Notes: a model not told the origin generated them from the sequence alone. A stretch of DNA of 64,000 nucleotides from a bacterium (GCA_035691305.1 DASSJF010000061.1:1329-65328), one strand, 5' to 3'. Shown: positions 39,409 through 48,904, numbered from the stretch's first letter. Numbers and translations: made by a program.

Positions 39409-39833
39409 AGGTCTTGGTGTCCGCCTAGAATATCCTGATCGCGCGCGCGCCGGCGGCCAGCTTCGGCGGCGGGATTTCTTCCACGAGTTCTTCATGAGAT
39501 CTTCACCCGCGACTGGTACGCTTGCTCTCGGTTGCTGCCGGGCGCCCGGTTGTCTCTGTTCCCCCCTTCCAGGCAGCAGACCCGACAGACGGCCGCGGGA
39601 CCACCCGAACGACCCACCGCGGCCGTCACCCGCCGGGCGCCCGGTCAGGATCCTGTCACGTACGATCCGATGTTCATAGTCATCACCCGCTCCGGCCGCG
39701 TGTGCCTGCGAACACTCGCCCGCGCGGCCCGATTTCATGATTTATTCATCAGTTATTCAACCGCGACCGCTAAGCTACAGATACAACGGAGCGCGAGCGC
39801 CCGCGCGCATCGCGACTCGGATTGGAGGTCCGG

Positions 39834-40799
39834 ATGCGGAAGTCGGTCGCACTCGTACTGGGGGTGCTTGTGCCGCTGCTCGGGCTGGCCGGCGTGGGGA
39901 GCGCGCAGTCCACTGTGCAGGTCCAGGGCACGATCCAGGCGGTCGACTGCCAGGCTCAAACTCTCGTCGTCGCCACCCCGACCTCCACCAACACGATCGC
40001 GGTCGTCCCATACACCGCGGTCCTCGTCGATTCTCGAGCCGTCTCACTGTGCGACCTCCAACAGTACGTCGGCAGCCCGGCGACGATCTGGCTGGTGCCG
40101 AGCGGCAACGAGTTCATCGCGACCCGCATCGACACCACCGCGCAGGCCTCCGTCGCGCCGGTGGCGCTGTCGGCCCAACAGGAAGCCGTGGCTCCGCTCC
40201 CGCTCGTGGGCATCGTGCTCGGCACGATCGTGCTCGCGGGCCTTATCTATCTGCTGGTCCGCGACGGCGATCACTACTACCGGTATCCGTATTACGGCGA
40301 GTATTACCGTCACTATTATCGGCCGGAATACCGGTCGTACGTCGGGTGGTATCCCGTTTCGTGTCCCGTAGTCTACGCCGCGGCGCCGCTCGGCGGCGTG
40401 GTACTCGGCGTCACGGTCTTCAGCGGCGTCGACTATCTGCTCGTGCGCGACCGAGACGGTCGCTACGAACGCTATCCGTATTACGGACCATACCGCGCGT
40501 ACTACTACCGGCCGGAGTATCGAGCGTACGGCGGATCATTCCGCGGCGATGCGCCCGTGCACTACGGCGACACGCGGGGCACGACCGTCTATCAGCGGCC
40601 GCCGCAATACCAGCCGCCGCAGCACCAATACCAGCAGCCGTACAACAACCAGTATCAGCGGCCGCCGCAGTATCAGCAGTATCAACAGTACGCGCCCGTC
40701 CAGAACCGGGGCGGTGGATCTCGAGGCCGCGACACGCGGCAGGTGTGCCAATCGAACGGGCAGGGGCAGTCGTGCTCGGACGGGGCGCATAACCGCTAA
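39834..40799 (+). CDS. Secreted/membrane tandem-repeat protein rich in Tyr/Arg/Pro with a Gln/Tyr/Pro-rich C-terminal tail; no recognisable family
   Basis: ATG with a GGAGG Shine-Dalgarno 5 nt upstream. Signal peptide 'MRKSVALVLGVLVPLLGLAGVGSAQS'. After an approximately 100-aa N-domain come two duplicated modules, each a TM helix, then 'YLLVRD(G/R)D', then 'RYPYYG.Y..YYYRPEYR.Y'. The tail is 'YQRPPQYQPPQHQYQQPYNNQYQRPPQYQQYQQY'. GC3 is strongly coding in this frame. Confidence 0.75.
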   Translation: MRKSVALVLGVLVPLLGLAGVGSAQSTVQVQGTIQAVDCQAQTLVVATPTSTNTIAVVPYTAVLVDSRAVSLCDLQQYVGSPATIWLVPSGNEFIATRIDTTAQASVAPVALSAQQEAVAPLPLVGIVLGTIVLAGLIYLLVRDGDHYYRYPYYGEYYRHYYRPEYRSYVGWYPVSCPVVYAAAPLGGVVLGVTVFSGVDYLLVRDRDGRYERYPYYGPYRAYYYRPEYRAYGGSFRGDAPVHYGDTRGTTVYQRPPQYQPPQHQYQQPYNNQYQRPPQYQQYQQYAPVQNRGGGSRGRDTRQVCQSNGQGQSCSDGAHNR

Positions 40800-40978
40800 G
40801 CGATCGGCGTAGAGCAGGGGGCATCTTGACGGTGGCGGGCCGGCCGGCCCGCCACCGCCGGGTTATCCGGCGAGAATCGCGGCGGGCTCAGAACTCCCGA
40901 TAGGCGATCGCTTCAGTGTTCTTCTTCGGGCATAACCCCGCCGGAGGCCGGGGCCAGGCGGACGTGGAAGCGAATCGC

Positions 40979-41614
40979 ATGGACGCGCGCTTCGCCGCGT
41001 ACGTGCTCGTGGCCGCGGTGCTCATCGTCACGCCGGGACCGGATATGGCGCTCGTCGCGCGCAACGCCTTCCGCGGCGGCACGCGCGCCGCCCGCGCCAC
41101 CGCCTTCGGCGTCGGCGTGGGAATTCTGTTATGGGGATGCGCCTCCGCCGCGGGGCTCGCCTCGACGCTCGCCGCGTCGGCCACGGCGTACGGCGCCCTC
41201 AAGCTGGCGGGCGCGCTGTTTCTCGTCTTCTTCGGCATCCGGAGCCTGCTCGGCGCCGCCCGTCAGGCGGGCCGCCCGTCCGGACCGGCTCAGGTCCGCG
41301 TTCCCGCGGGGCCGCTCCTCACTCCCGCGCGCGCGTTCGTCCAGGGGCTCGCCGGCAACCTGCTCAACCCCAAGGCCGGCGCCATCTTCGTCGCCGTGGT
41401 GCCGCAGTTCACGGCGCCGGGCGATCCGCCGGCGCGGCTGGCGGCCATGGTCGCCGCCTTCGTCGTCATGGTCACGGTCTGGCTGAACGTTTACGGTGTG
41501 CTGATCGCGCGGGCGTCCGCGCGATTCGGTCCGCGCTTCCGCCGCGCGCTGGACGCCGCCGCGGGCGTGGTCATGACGGCCCTCGGCGCCCGTCTGGCGT
41601 TCGAGCGCCGCTGA
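40979..41614 (+). CDS. LysE/RhtB-family amino-acid exporter
   Basis: 'LIVTPGPDMALVARNAF' is the LysE N-terminal motif. Six TM segments. Start set at the internal ATG. Confidence 0.8.
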   Translation: MDARFAAYVLVAAVLIVTPGPDMALVARNAFRGGTRAARATAFGVGVGILLWGCASAAGLASTLAASATAYGALKLAGALFLVFFGIRSLLGAARQAGRPSGPAQVRVPAGPLLTPARAFVQGLAGNLLNPKAGAIFVAVVPQFTAPGDPPARLAAMVAAFVVMVTVWLNVYGVLIARASARFGPRFRRALDAAAGVVMTALGARLAFERR

Positions 41615-41627
41615 CCGCGGCGGGCGG

Positions 41628-43025
41628 CTACGCCCTCAGGCCGGCGGCGTCCGACCGGCCGAGCTCGTCCAGAAAGCGCACGTAGGCACGCGTGCCGCGG
41701 TCGAACGTCCCGAGGCGCAGAAACTCGTTCGGCGCGTGGACGAGATTGTCGGGCTCGCCGAAGGCGAAGAACACGAGCCAGGTCCCCAGTTCGCGCTTCA
41801 CCAGATCGGCGACCGGCAGCGTGCCGCCGACGCGGACGCGCACCGGCTCCCTGCCGTAGGTCGCCTGGAGCGCCTTCGCCGCCGCCGTCAGCGCCGGATG
41901 GTCCGACGGCATGAGGTACGGGCGCGACTTGCCCTTGGAGCGCGTCACGGTCAGCGTTACGCCGGCGGGGGCGTGGCGGCGCACGTGCTGCTCCACCAGC
42001 TCCGCGATCTGATCCGGATCCTGGTCGGGGACCAGGCGGCATGTGATCTTGGCGTGCGCCTCGTTCGGCAGGACGGTCTTGCTGCCGTCGCCCTGAAAGC
42101 CGCCCCACATGCCGTTGACCTCCAGCGTCGGCCGGATCCAGGTGCGTTCGAGCGGCGTGTAATCCGGTTCTCCGATGAACTGCGCGATGCCGAGTTCGCG
42201 GCGCTGCCCCGCTTCGTCGAACGGCACGCGCGCCAGCTCCCGGCGCTCGGCCGCGCTGAGCGTCCGGACCGCGTCGTAGAAGCCGGCGACCGTCACCCGG
42301 TTCTGAGCGTCGTGCATCCCGGCGAGCAGCGCCGCCAGCGTGTGGAGCGGGTTCGCAACCGCGCCGCCGTAGGTGCCGGAGTGCAGGTCCGTGGACGCGC
42401 CGCGGATGTCGATCTGCAGCCCCGTCAGGCCCCGGTTGCCGAGCGCGAGGGACGGCGTCTCCACGTCCCACTGCCCGCCGTCCGCGCTGACCGTGACGTC
42501 CGCGGCGAGCAGTTCCCGCTGATCGTGCAGGAAGGGCGCGAGGTTCGGGCTGCCGGTCTCTTCCTCGCCCTCGAAGATGAACTTGAGGTTGATCGGGGGA
42601 CCGCCGGTCACGCTGCGAACCGCCTCGAGTGCCAGGAGTGGGATGAAGAGGCTGCCCTTATCATCGCTCGCGCCGCGGGCGACGAGCCGGCCGTCCCGGA
42701 CCGCGGGTTCGAAGGGCGGCGTCTGCCAGAGCGCCACCGGATCGACCGGCTGTACGTCGTAGTGCCCGTAGAGGAGAATCGTCGGCGCGCCGGGCCGCAC
42801 GGGCCACGCGCCGTATACGACGGGGCTGCCGGCCGTCGGCATCACGCGCACCTCGGGCACGCCCGTCGCCCGCAGGCGCGCCGCCAGCCATTCGGCCGCC
42901 CGCACGATGTCCGGCCGGTGCGCGGGCAGGGCGCTCACGCTCGGAATCCGGAGGAACTCCTGCAGTTCGCCAAGGTGCCGCTCGCGCTGCCGGCTGAGAT
43001 AGGCGTCCGCCGCCGCGTAGTCCAC
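41628..43025 (-). CDS. M20-family dipeptidase (ArgE/DapE/CPG2 superfamily)
   Basis: 'LQEFLRIPSVSALPAHRPD', 'LLYGHYDVQPVDP', 'GASDDKGSLF' and 'FIFEGEEETGSPNL' are M20 metal-binding motifs. The start is at a GTG overlapping/adjacent to the S9 peptidase stop. The 896-aa tracked ORF's N-terminal half is an out-of-frame artefact. Confidence 0.85.
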   Translation of the reverse strand: MDYAAADAYLSRQRERHLGELQEFLRIPSVSALPAHRPDIVRAAEWLAARLRATGVPEVRVMPTAGSPVVYGAWPVRPGAPTILLYGHYDVQPVDPVALWQTPPFEPAVRDGRLVARGASDDKGSLFIPLLALEAVRSVTGGPPINLKFIFEGEEETGSPNLAPFLHDQRELLAADVTVSADGGQWDVETPSLALGNRGLTGLQIDIRGASTDLHSGTYGGAVANPLHTLAALLAGMHDAQNRVTVAGFYDAVRTLSAAERRELARVPFDEAGQRRELGIAQFIGEPDYTPLERTWIRPTLEVNGMWGGFQGDGSKTVLPNEAHAKITCRLVPDQDPDQIAELVEQHVRRHAPAGVTLTVTRSKGKSRPYLMPSDHPALTAAAKALQATYGREPVRVRVGGTLPVADLVKRELGTWLVFFAFGEPDNLVHAPNEFLRLGTFDRGTRAYVRFLDELGRSDAAGLRA

Positions 43026-43030
43026 TGTGC

Positions 43031-45034
43031 TCACCCCTTTGCCTCGCGCGCGCCCACCGGCGCGCCGAGATGCGTGGAGAACCAGCCGAGCAGGTGCGTC
43101 ATCTCCTCCGTGCGATGCCGCGGCTGCCCGGACGACGACATGCCGTGGCTCTCGCCCGGGAAGCGCACCATGAGCGTCGGCGTGCCCTGGCGCTTGAGCG
43201 CCAGGAACAGCTGCTCTGCCTGCTCGACCGAGCAGCGGTAGTCGTTCTCGCCGTGCAGGATCAGGAGCGGCGTTTTCATCTGCCGCACGTATGCGATCGG
43301 GGAGCGCTCGAGGTAGAATTCCGGCGACTCCCAGGGCGCGCCGGGGAACTCCCACCGCGCGCCGAGATACGCGATGTCGCCGGTGCCGAAGTGGTTGTAG
43401 CGGTTGCAGGTGCTGCGCAGCGTCACGCCGGCCCGAAACCGTTGTGTGTGGCCGAGAATCCAGTTGGTCATGTAGCCGCCGTAACTGCCGCCGCAGACGC
43501 CGAGCCGCTCGGGATCGATCCACTCGTGAACGGCCAGCGCCCGGTCGAGCGCGCCCATCAGGTCCTCGTAGTCGCCGCCGCCCCAGTCGTGGTGCGTGGC
43601 GGCGAGAAACGCTTGCCCGTAGCCGTGGCTGCCCCGCGGGTTCACGTACACGACGCCGTAGCCCGCGGCGCACAGCAGCTGGAACTGATTCGAGAAGGCG
43701 TGCCCGTAGGCGCCGTGCGGTCCGCCGTGGATTTCGAGCACCGCGGGTACCCGGCGGCCGGACGCGGCCGCCGCCGGTTTCAGTACCCAGCCGTCGAAGA
43801 CGTATCCGTCCGGCGTCTTGTACTCGAACCGCTCTGGACGGACGAGCGAGAGCGCCTCGGCGATCGGCGCGTTCCACGCCGTGAGACGCCGGAACGCCGC
43901 CGGCCGTCCGCTGCCGAGGTCGGCGACCGCGAGCTCCCCGGGCGTCAGCGGGTCGGCCTCGACGCACGCCACCCGCCGCGCGGCGGCGTCGAGCGAGCAG
44001 CCGACGAGGTCGTGCTCGCCGGCCGTCTCGAGCCGTACCGTGCCGCCGTCCGCTCCCACCGAGGCGACTTGGCAGTCGCCGCGCTCCGTCGCGAGAAAGT
44101 AGAGCCGGTCGCCGCGGGGCGACCACGTCACCCCGCCCATGCCGGGCTGCGAACGGACGTCGCTTCCGATGTGGTGCCCGATGCTGCCCTCGTACCCGCG
44201 CGTCAGGCAGACCGGCGCGCCGCCGTCGGGCGTCGCGACCCATACCTGTGAGAGCGTGGCCCCGCCGCATGCGCTGTCGTGCCCGAGATAGGCGATCGAC
44301 CGTCCGTCCGAGGACCACGCCGGGGACTCGACCGCGCCGATCCGCTGCGTCAGGCGGCGCGGCGAGCCGGTCCCGTCGGCCCGGATGATCCAGAGGTCGG
44401 TGCGCTCGTCGAGGTCGGCGTCCGGGGAGTTGTCGCCGGCGTAGGCGAGCAGCGCGCCGTCCGGCGACCAGGCGGGGCCCGTATGATCATAGTCACCCTT
44501 GGTCACCTGCCGCGCCTCGCCGCCCGAGGCGGCGACGACGAAGATCTGCTTCCATCGGCCGTCCCAAAAGCCTTCGCCGTCCTGTTTGTAGTGAAGCCGG
44601 GAAATGACGCGGACGTCGCTTTGCTCGCCGCGTGCCGCCGGCTCGGGCTTGCCCGTAAACGCCAGCGACTTGCCGTCCGGCGACCACGCGAACTCAGACG
44701 GCGCGAGCGCCCCGGCCGTCGCCGCCCGAGCCTCTCCGCCGTCCACGGTGATGACCCAGATCTGTTTCGAGCCGCCGCGGTCCGAGAGGAAGGCCACCCG
44801 GCTGCCATCCGGCGACCAGCGCGGGCCGGTGTCCCGGGCGCGGGCCGTGGTGAGTTGGCGCGGTGGGTGGCTGCTGTCGACGATCCAGAGATGCGTCTGG
44901 TAGCCGTTCGCGGGTTCGTCGACGATCGTCAGCGGACAGACGGTGCGGGTGCCGTCGGGGGACAATGCGGGCGGCCCCGCGATCTTCCACTTTAGAATGT
45001 CGTCGACGGCGATCGGACGTCTTGGCGTGGGCAA
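43031..45034 (-). CDS. S9-family serine peptidase (acylaminoacyl-peptidase-like) with an N-terminal beta-propeller
   Basis: TolB/WD40-like repeats ('SPDG', 'WSPDG') and the C-terminal catalytic 'GGSYGGYMT'. TTG start at 45034 with a GGGGGAGGAGGA Shine-Dalgarno; the tracked ORF's first 134 aa overlaps YceI and is rejected. Confidence 0.85.
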   Translation of the reverse strand: MPTPRRPIAVDDILKWKIAGPPALSPDGTRTVCPLTIVDEPANGYQTHLWIVDSSHPPRQLTTARARDTGPRWSPDGSRVAFLSDRGGSKQIWVITVDGGEARAATAGALAPSEFAWSPDGKSLAFTGKPEPAARGEQSDVRVISRLHYKQDGEGFWDGRWKQIFVVAASGGEARQVTKGDYDHTGPAWSPDGALLAYAGDNSPDADLDERTDLWIIRADGTGSPRRLTQRIGAVESPAWSSDGRSIAYLGHDSACGGATLSQVWVATPDGGAPVCLTRGYEGSIGHHIGSDVRSQPGMGGVTWSPRGDRLYFLATERGDCQVASVGADGGTVRLETAGEHDLVGCSLDAAARRVACVEADPLTPGELAVADLGSGRPAAFRRLTAWNAPIAEALSLVRPERFEYKTPDGYVFDGWVLKPAAAASGRRVPAVLEIHGGPHGAYGHAFSNQFQLLCAAGYGVVYVNPRGSHGYGQAFLAATHHDWGGGDYEDLMGALDRALAVHEWIDPERLGVCGGSYGGYMTNWILGHTQRFRAGVTLRSTCNRYNHFGTGDIAYLGARWEFPGAPWESPEFYLERSPIAYVRQMKTPLLILHGENDYRCSVEQAEQLFLALKRQGTPTLMVRFPGESHGMSSSGQPRHRTEEMTHLLGWFSTHLGAPVGAREAKG

Positions 45035-45126
45035 CGGATCCTCCTCCCCCGGGGCCGGCCGCGAGACCGGCCCGCGGAGATGAGGATACGCTTCAACGAC
45101 GGCGGTCTGGGCGCCTTGGGCGCGGG

Positions 45127-45801
45127 CTAGGCGCCGAACGGATGCGCGGTGAACTGAAACTCCAGCAGCGCTTTGTCCTCGGTCTGCAGCATCATGATGC
45201 TCGGCGGATTGAATCCGAAGTCCTTCATCAGCACGGTCGACTGCATCGTGCCGGTGAGCGTGTCGCCGGACAGCTTCAGCGTCCCGGTAAACGTCGCCGG
45301 TTTCGTCGTGTTGTGAACGGTGAGGTTGCCGGCGATCTTCACGGGGACCGTCTGCCCGGCGGCGTAGGTCTTCGGCAGTCCTTCGATGGAGGTCGGGACG
45401 AACGTCGCCGTCGGGTACGCGTTCGACTCCAGCCAATGGGTCCGAATCGCGTTGTCGCGGTGGCTGTTGTCCGACGTGAACTGATTGACGTCGACGGTGA
45501 TCGTTCCGATGCGGCTCTGTTCGGGATGCGCGCGGTCGACGTACACGTCGCCCTGGATGCCGTGCGTCACGCCCACCGCGACCTGGAATGTGTTGTCGCG
45601 GAAGAGCGTCTCGCCGACGTGATACGAGGCTTCCGACGCCCGCGGATCGATGACGAAGTGCTGCGCGTTCGCCGAGCCCGGCGCCGGCGCAGCGGCGGCG
45701 AGCGTGTGCGCGACCGGCGCGGTGCCCCCGGTCGCCTGCCAGAACGCGGCCGCGGCGACCAGCGTGATCCCCGCAATCACCGCGGCAATCCGTTTGTGCA
45801 T
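45127..45801 (-). CDS. YceI-family periplasmic (polyisoprenoid-binding) protein
   Basis: Signal peptide 'MHKRIAAVIAGITLVAAAAF', and the YceI-like beta-barrel motifs 'FVIDPRASEASYHV' and 'VTHG'. Confidence 0.75.
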   Translation of the reverse strand: MHKRIAAVIAGITLVAAAAFWQATGGTAPVAHTLAAAAPAPGSANAQHFVIDPRASEASYHVGETLFRDNTFQVAVGVTHGIQGDVYVDRAHPEQSRIGTITVDVNQFTSDNSHRDNAIRTHWLESNAYPTATFVPTSIEGLPKTYAAGQTVPVKIAGNLTVHNTTKPATFTGTLKLSGDTLTGTMQSTVLMKDFGFNPPSIMMLQTEDKALLEFQFTAHPFGA

Positions 45802-45949
45802 TACAGTGCCCCTCCTTCGGACGCTCCTTGGAAATGACGCCGCCCGCGTCGCTCCCTCTTTATCTACCCTCACTAACGCCGCCGGCGCGTTCTCCCGTTC
45901 CCGAGGGGCGCGGTTGTGAATCAATTTTCACGAGATCGCTACCCGGTGT

Positions 45950-46495
45950 TCACAACTTGTGTGCCCGGACCCATGCGATTTGCGCGGTGTGGTGGCGGGC
46001 GTGCCACGCGTACGTCGCGAGGCCCTGCCAGAGCGCCACGTCGGCGCGGCTCTCCGGATGGTAGAACGTGCGCGCGAACGCCCTCTCCGGAAGGGAGCGC
46101 AGCAGCAGCCCCCATCGCGCGTGGATCCCCTCCATGATCGCGAGCGACGGCGCGACCGGCGCGGTCCGCGCGTCGGCGAGCGCGGACCAGAGGCTGGCGT
46201 CGTACGGCTTGATCGTCGGGCGCTCTTCCGTCAGCGCAAGCCGGACGCGCACGTACATGTTGAGGTGGCTGTCGGCGAGATGGTGCGTGATCTGCCGGAT
46301 CGTCCAGTTCCGGTAGGTCGTGTCGAGCTGCGCGTCGCCGAGGCCGGCCACCGCGTCGCGCAGGCGGGCCGGCGCGCGCTCGATCTCGTCGATCCAGTCG
46401 CGCAGGTCGCCGGGTCCGTAGCGCTCCAGAGGGACGAACGGTCCGGCCGGAAACTGCGGGGGTTCGGGGATCGCACGCGCGTGCATGTCTCTCAC
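45950..46495 (-). CDS. DinB/YfiT-like (DinB_2) putative metal-dependent hydrolase
   Basis: 'NWTIRQITHHLADSHLNMYVRVRL' and the 'ARHHTAQIAW' His triad. Confidence 0.7.
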   Translation of the reverse strand: MRDMHARAIPEPPQFPAGPFVPLERYGPGDLRDWIDEIERAPARLRDAVAGLGDAQLDTTYRNWTIRQITHHLADSHLNMYVRVRLALTEERPTIKPYDASLWSALADARTAPVAPSLAIMEGIHARWGLLLRSLPERAFARTFYHPESRADVALWQGLATYAWHARHHTAQIAWVRAHKL

Positions 46496-46511
46496 ACCTC
46501 CGTCCGTTGCG

Positions 46512-47456
46512 TCATGTGATGTTCGCGAGCCGGGCGGTCAATTCTTCGACCTCGGCCCTGGACGGGAAGGACGCCTGCGTACCGATCTTCGTCACCGACA
46601 GCGCCGCGGCGGCGTTGGCGAAGCGTGCGGCCTCGCGCAGCGTCGCGCCGGCGCCGAGCAGGTACGCCAGGGTGCCGATGAACGCGTCTCCCGCGCCGGT
46701 CGTGTCCACCGCGCCGACGCGCAGGCCGGGGATGTGGGCCGTGCCGCCTTCGTCGGCGATAAGCGCCCCGCGGGCGCCGAGCGTGATCACGGCCGCGCGG
46801 GCCCCGGCCTCGCGGAGGCGCCGCGCCGCGGCGGCCGCGTCATCGAGCGTGCGCACCGCGACGCCGGTGAGGGCCTCGGCCTCGAGCTCGTTCGGTACGA
46901 TCACGTCGCAGAGCTCGATCAGGTCGCCCGAGATCGCCCCCGCCGGAGCCGGGTTGAGGATCGTGACCGGACGCCGCGCCCGCCGCGCGATCGCCAGCGC
47001 TTCCTGGGTCGTCGCCGGCGGGATCTCGAGCTGGGAGACGACGGCGTCGGCTTGCGCGATCGCGTCGCCCGCGGCCCGGATGTGCGCCGGGGTGAGCGCG
47101 TAGTTCGCGCCCGGCACGTAGACGATCGCGTTCCGGCCGTCGCCGTCCACGAGGATCGCGGCGACGCCGGACGGCTGTTCGTCGTCCCACGAGACAAACG
47201 CGGTGTCGATCCCGCGGTCTTCGTAGTTCCGGACGGCGCGCTCGCCGAAGACATCCCGTCCGACCCTCGATGCCATCGTCACGCGCGCGCCGAGCCGGCG
47301 GGCCATGACCGCCTGATTGCCGCCCTTGCCGCCGCAGTCGACGTGGAACGCGTCCGCGGGCAGCGTCTCGCCGATCGCCGGAATCCGCGACACCTTCGCG
47401 ATGAGGTCCACGTTGGTGGCGCCGGCGACGCAGATTCGCGGCTCCCGCTCCGGCAT
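46512..47456 (-). CDS. Ribokinase / PfkB-family carbohydrate kinase
   Basis: 'GGKGGNQAV' (GG motif) and 'DTTGAGDAFIGTLA' (anion hole). Start set at the internal Met 'MPEREPRICVAGATNVD'. Confidence 0.85.
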   Translation of the reverse strand: MPEREPRICVAGATNVDLIAKVSRIPAIGETLPADAFHVDCGGKGGNQAVMARRLGARVTMASRVGRDVFGERAVRNYEDRGIDTAFVSWDDEQPSGVAAILVDGDGRNAIVYVPGANYALTPAHIRAAGDAIAQADAVVSQLEIPPATTQEALAIARRARRPVTILNPAPAGAISGDLIELCDVIVPNELEAEALTGVAVRTLDDAAAAARRLREAGARAAVITLGARGALIADEGGTAHIPGLRVGAVDTTGAGDAFIGTLAYLLGAGATLREAARFANAAAALSVTKIGTQASFPSRAEVEELTARLANIT

Positions 47457-47592
47457 GCGGATCGCGCGCGGCGGCGAATTCACGGGGCGGACCTCACGCT
47501 CCCCCCAATCGAAGATGCGCGGCGCCGCCCCTTGCCGCGGCACTGGGGGCGACGTTTGCGGCGATCCCGGGTACAGTCTGTAATAGCCGGCC

Positions 47593-47970
47593 ATGAAGGT
47601 GAGTTATCGGCTCGAAGAGACCGACGCGGGCGCCGTTCTCCGGGTGTTCGACGATATCGATCTGACCAACGCGAACATGCTGGCAGACGCGCTCTTCAGC
47701 GCCATCGACGCGCGCCGGGGTCTGATCATCGACGTGCGGGGGTTGCGCTACATCGACAGCGTCGGGCTGCACATCTTGTTGCGCGCCGGGCAGCGCGCCG
47801 AGCGTCTCGGCTGCGCGCTGACGCTGGTCGCCGCGCGCCCGACGCTGCAGCTTGTCGAGCGGTTCGGCCTCAACCGCCTCATGCCGGTCGTCGCGGACCT
47901 CGCGGTTTCGCATGAGGTGCGCGGGCCGCGGCGCGAGCGCCCTACCGAGCCCTCGAAAACCGAGTCGTAG
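47593..47970 (+). CDS. STAS-domain protein (anti-sigma factor antagonist-like)
   Basis: 125 aa. 'LRYIDSVGLHILLRA' is the STAS phosphorylation-loop region (DSxG). Confidence 0.65.
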   Translation: MKVSYRLEETDAGAVLRVFDDIDLTNANMLADALFSAIDARRGLIIDVRGLRYIDSVGLHILLRAGQRAERLGCALTLVAARPTLQLVERFGLNRLMPVVADLAVSHEVRGPRRERPTEPSKTES

Positions 47971-48904
47971 CACGGACCAGTTCCGCGGAAATGCCCGGGT
48001 GATCGCCCGCGTGCCCGGCCCCGGGCACGACCACCAACTCGGCGCGCGGCCACGCCTTGCTCAGCTCCCACGCCCAGGCAATCGGGGCCCCGAAATCGAG
48101 GCGGCCCTGCACCATGGCGCCCGGAACGCCGGCGAGCGCGCCCGCGCCTCGAATAAGGACGCCGTCTTCGAGCCAGGCGTTGTGCCGGACGTAGTGTGTG
48201 ACGAGCCGTGCAAAGGCGAGCGCGTAGCGTGGATCCGCAAAACGCGGCGCAAGGCGCCCCTCCGGAGGCCACGCGAGGCCCGCCGATTCCCAGGTGCACC
48301 AATCGGCCGCGGCCTTGTGGTGGACGGCGGGGTCCGGATCGTTGAGCAGCCGCGCGTAGGCGCCGACGACGTCGCCGCGCCGGTCCGCCGGCAGTCCGGC
48401 GCACAGCCGCTCCCACTCGGCGGGAAACAGCACCGCGGCGCCGCCGCGGAACCACCAATCGAACTCCCGATGGCGCCCCGTGGTCACGCCGAACAAGACG
48501 ATCTCCGACACACGCTCGGGATGCGTTTCCGCGTAGGCGAGCGCAAGTGTGCTGCCCCAGGAGCCGCCGAGCACGAGCCAGCGCTCGACGCCGAGGCGGC
48601 GGCGAAGCCGTTCGAGGTCGCCGAGCAGGTGCGCCGTGGTATTGGCGGCAAGGTCGGCGGAGGGCTCTCCGGCGTGCGGCGTGCTGCGTCCGCAGCCTCG
48701 CTGGTCGAAGAGCACGACGCGGTAGGCTGCCGGATCGAAGAGCCGGCGATGCCAGGGCGCGCACCCCGACCCGGGGCCGCCGTGGAGCACGACCGCGGGT
48801 TTGCCGGCCGGGTTGCCGCAGGTCTCCCAATACACGCGGTGTCCCTCGCCCGCGTCCAGCGTACCGCGGTCGTAGGGCTCAATCTCGGGAAAGAGCGGGG
48901 GCAC
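47942..48904 (-). CDS. Prolyl aminopeptidase (proline iminopeptidase, S33 alpha/beta hydrolase)
   Basis: 'AVVLHGGPGSGC' and the nucleophile 'LGGSWGSTLALAYA'. 320 aa. Confidence 0.85.
   Translation of the reverse strand: MPPLFPEIEPYDRGTLDAGEGHRVYWETCGNPAGKPAVVLHGGPGSGCAPWHRRLFDPAAYRVVLFDQRGCGRSTPHAGEPSADLAANTTAHLLGDLERLRRRLGVERWLVLGGSWGSTLALAYAETHPERVSEIVLFGVTTGRHREFDWWFRGGAAVLFPAEWERLCAGLPADRRGDVVGAYARLLNDPDPAVHHKAAADWCTWESAGLAWPPEGRLAPRFADPRYALAFARLVTHYVRHNAWLEDGVLIRGAGALAGVPGAMVQGRLDFGAPIAWAWELSKAWPRAELVVVPGAGHAGDHPGISAELVRATTRFSRAR

Noticed and set aside
41628-44318. 896-aa single ORF spanning the M20 and S9 region
   Set aside because: The N-terminal half is out of frame with, and overlaps, the well-supported S9 peptidase frame. 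Only the C-terminal 465 aa (the M20 dipeptidase) is kept.
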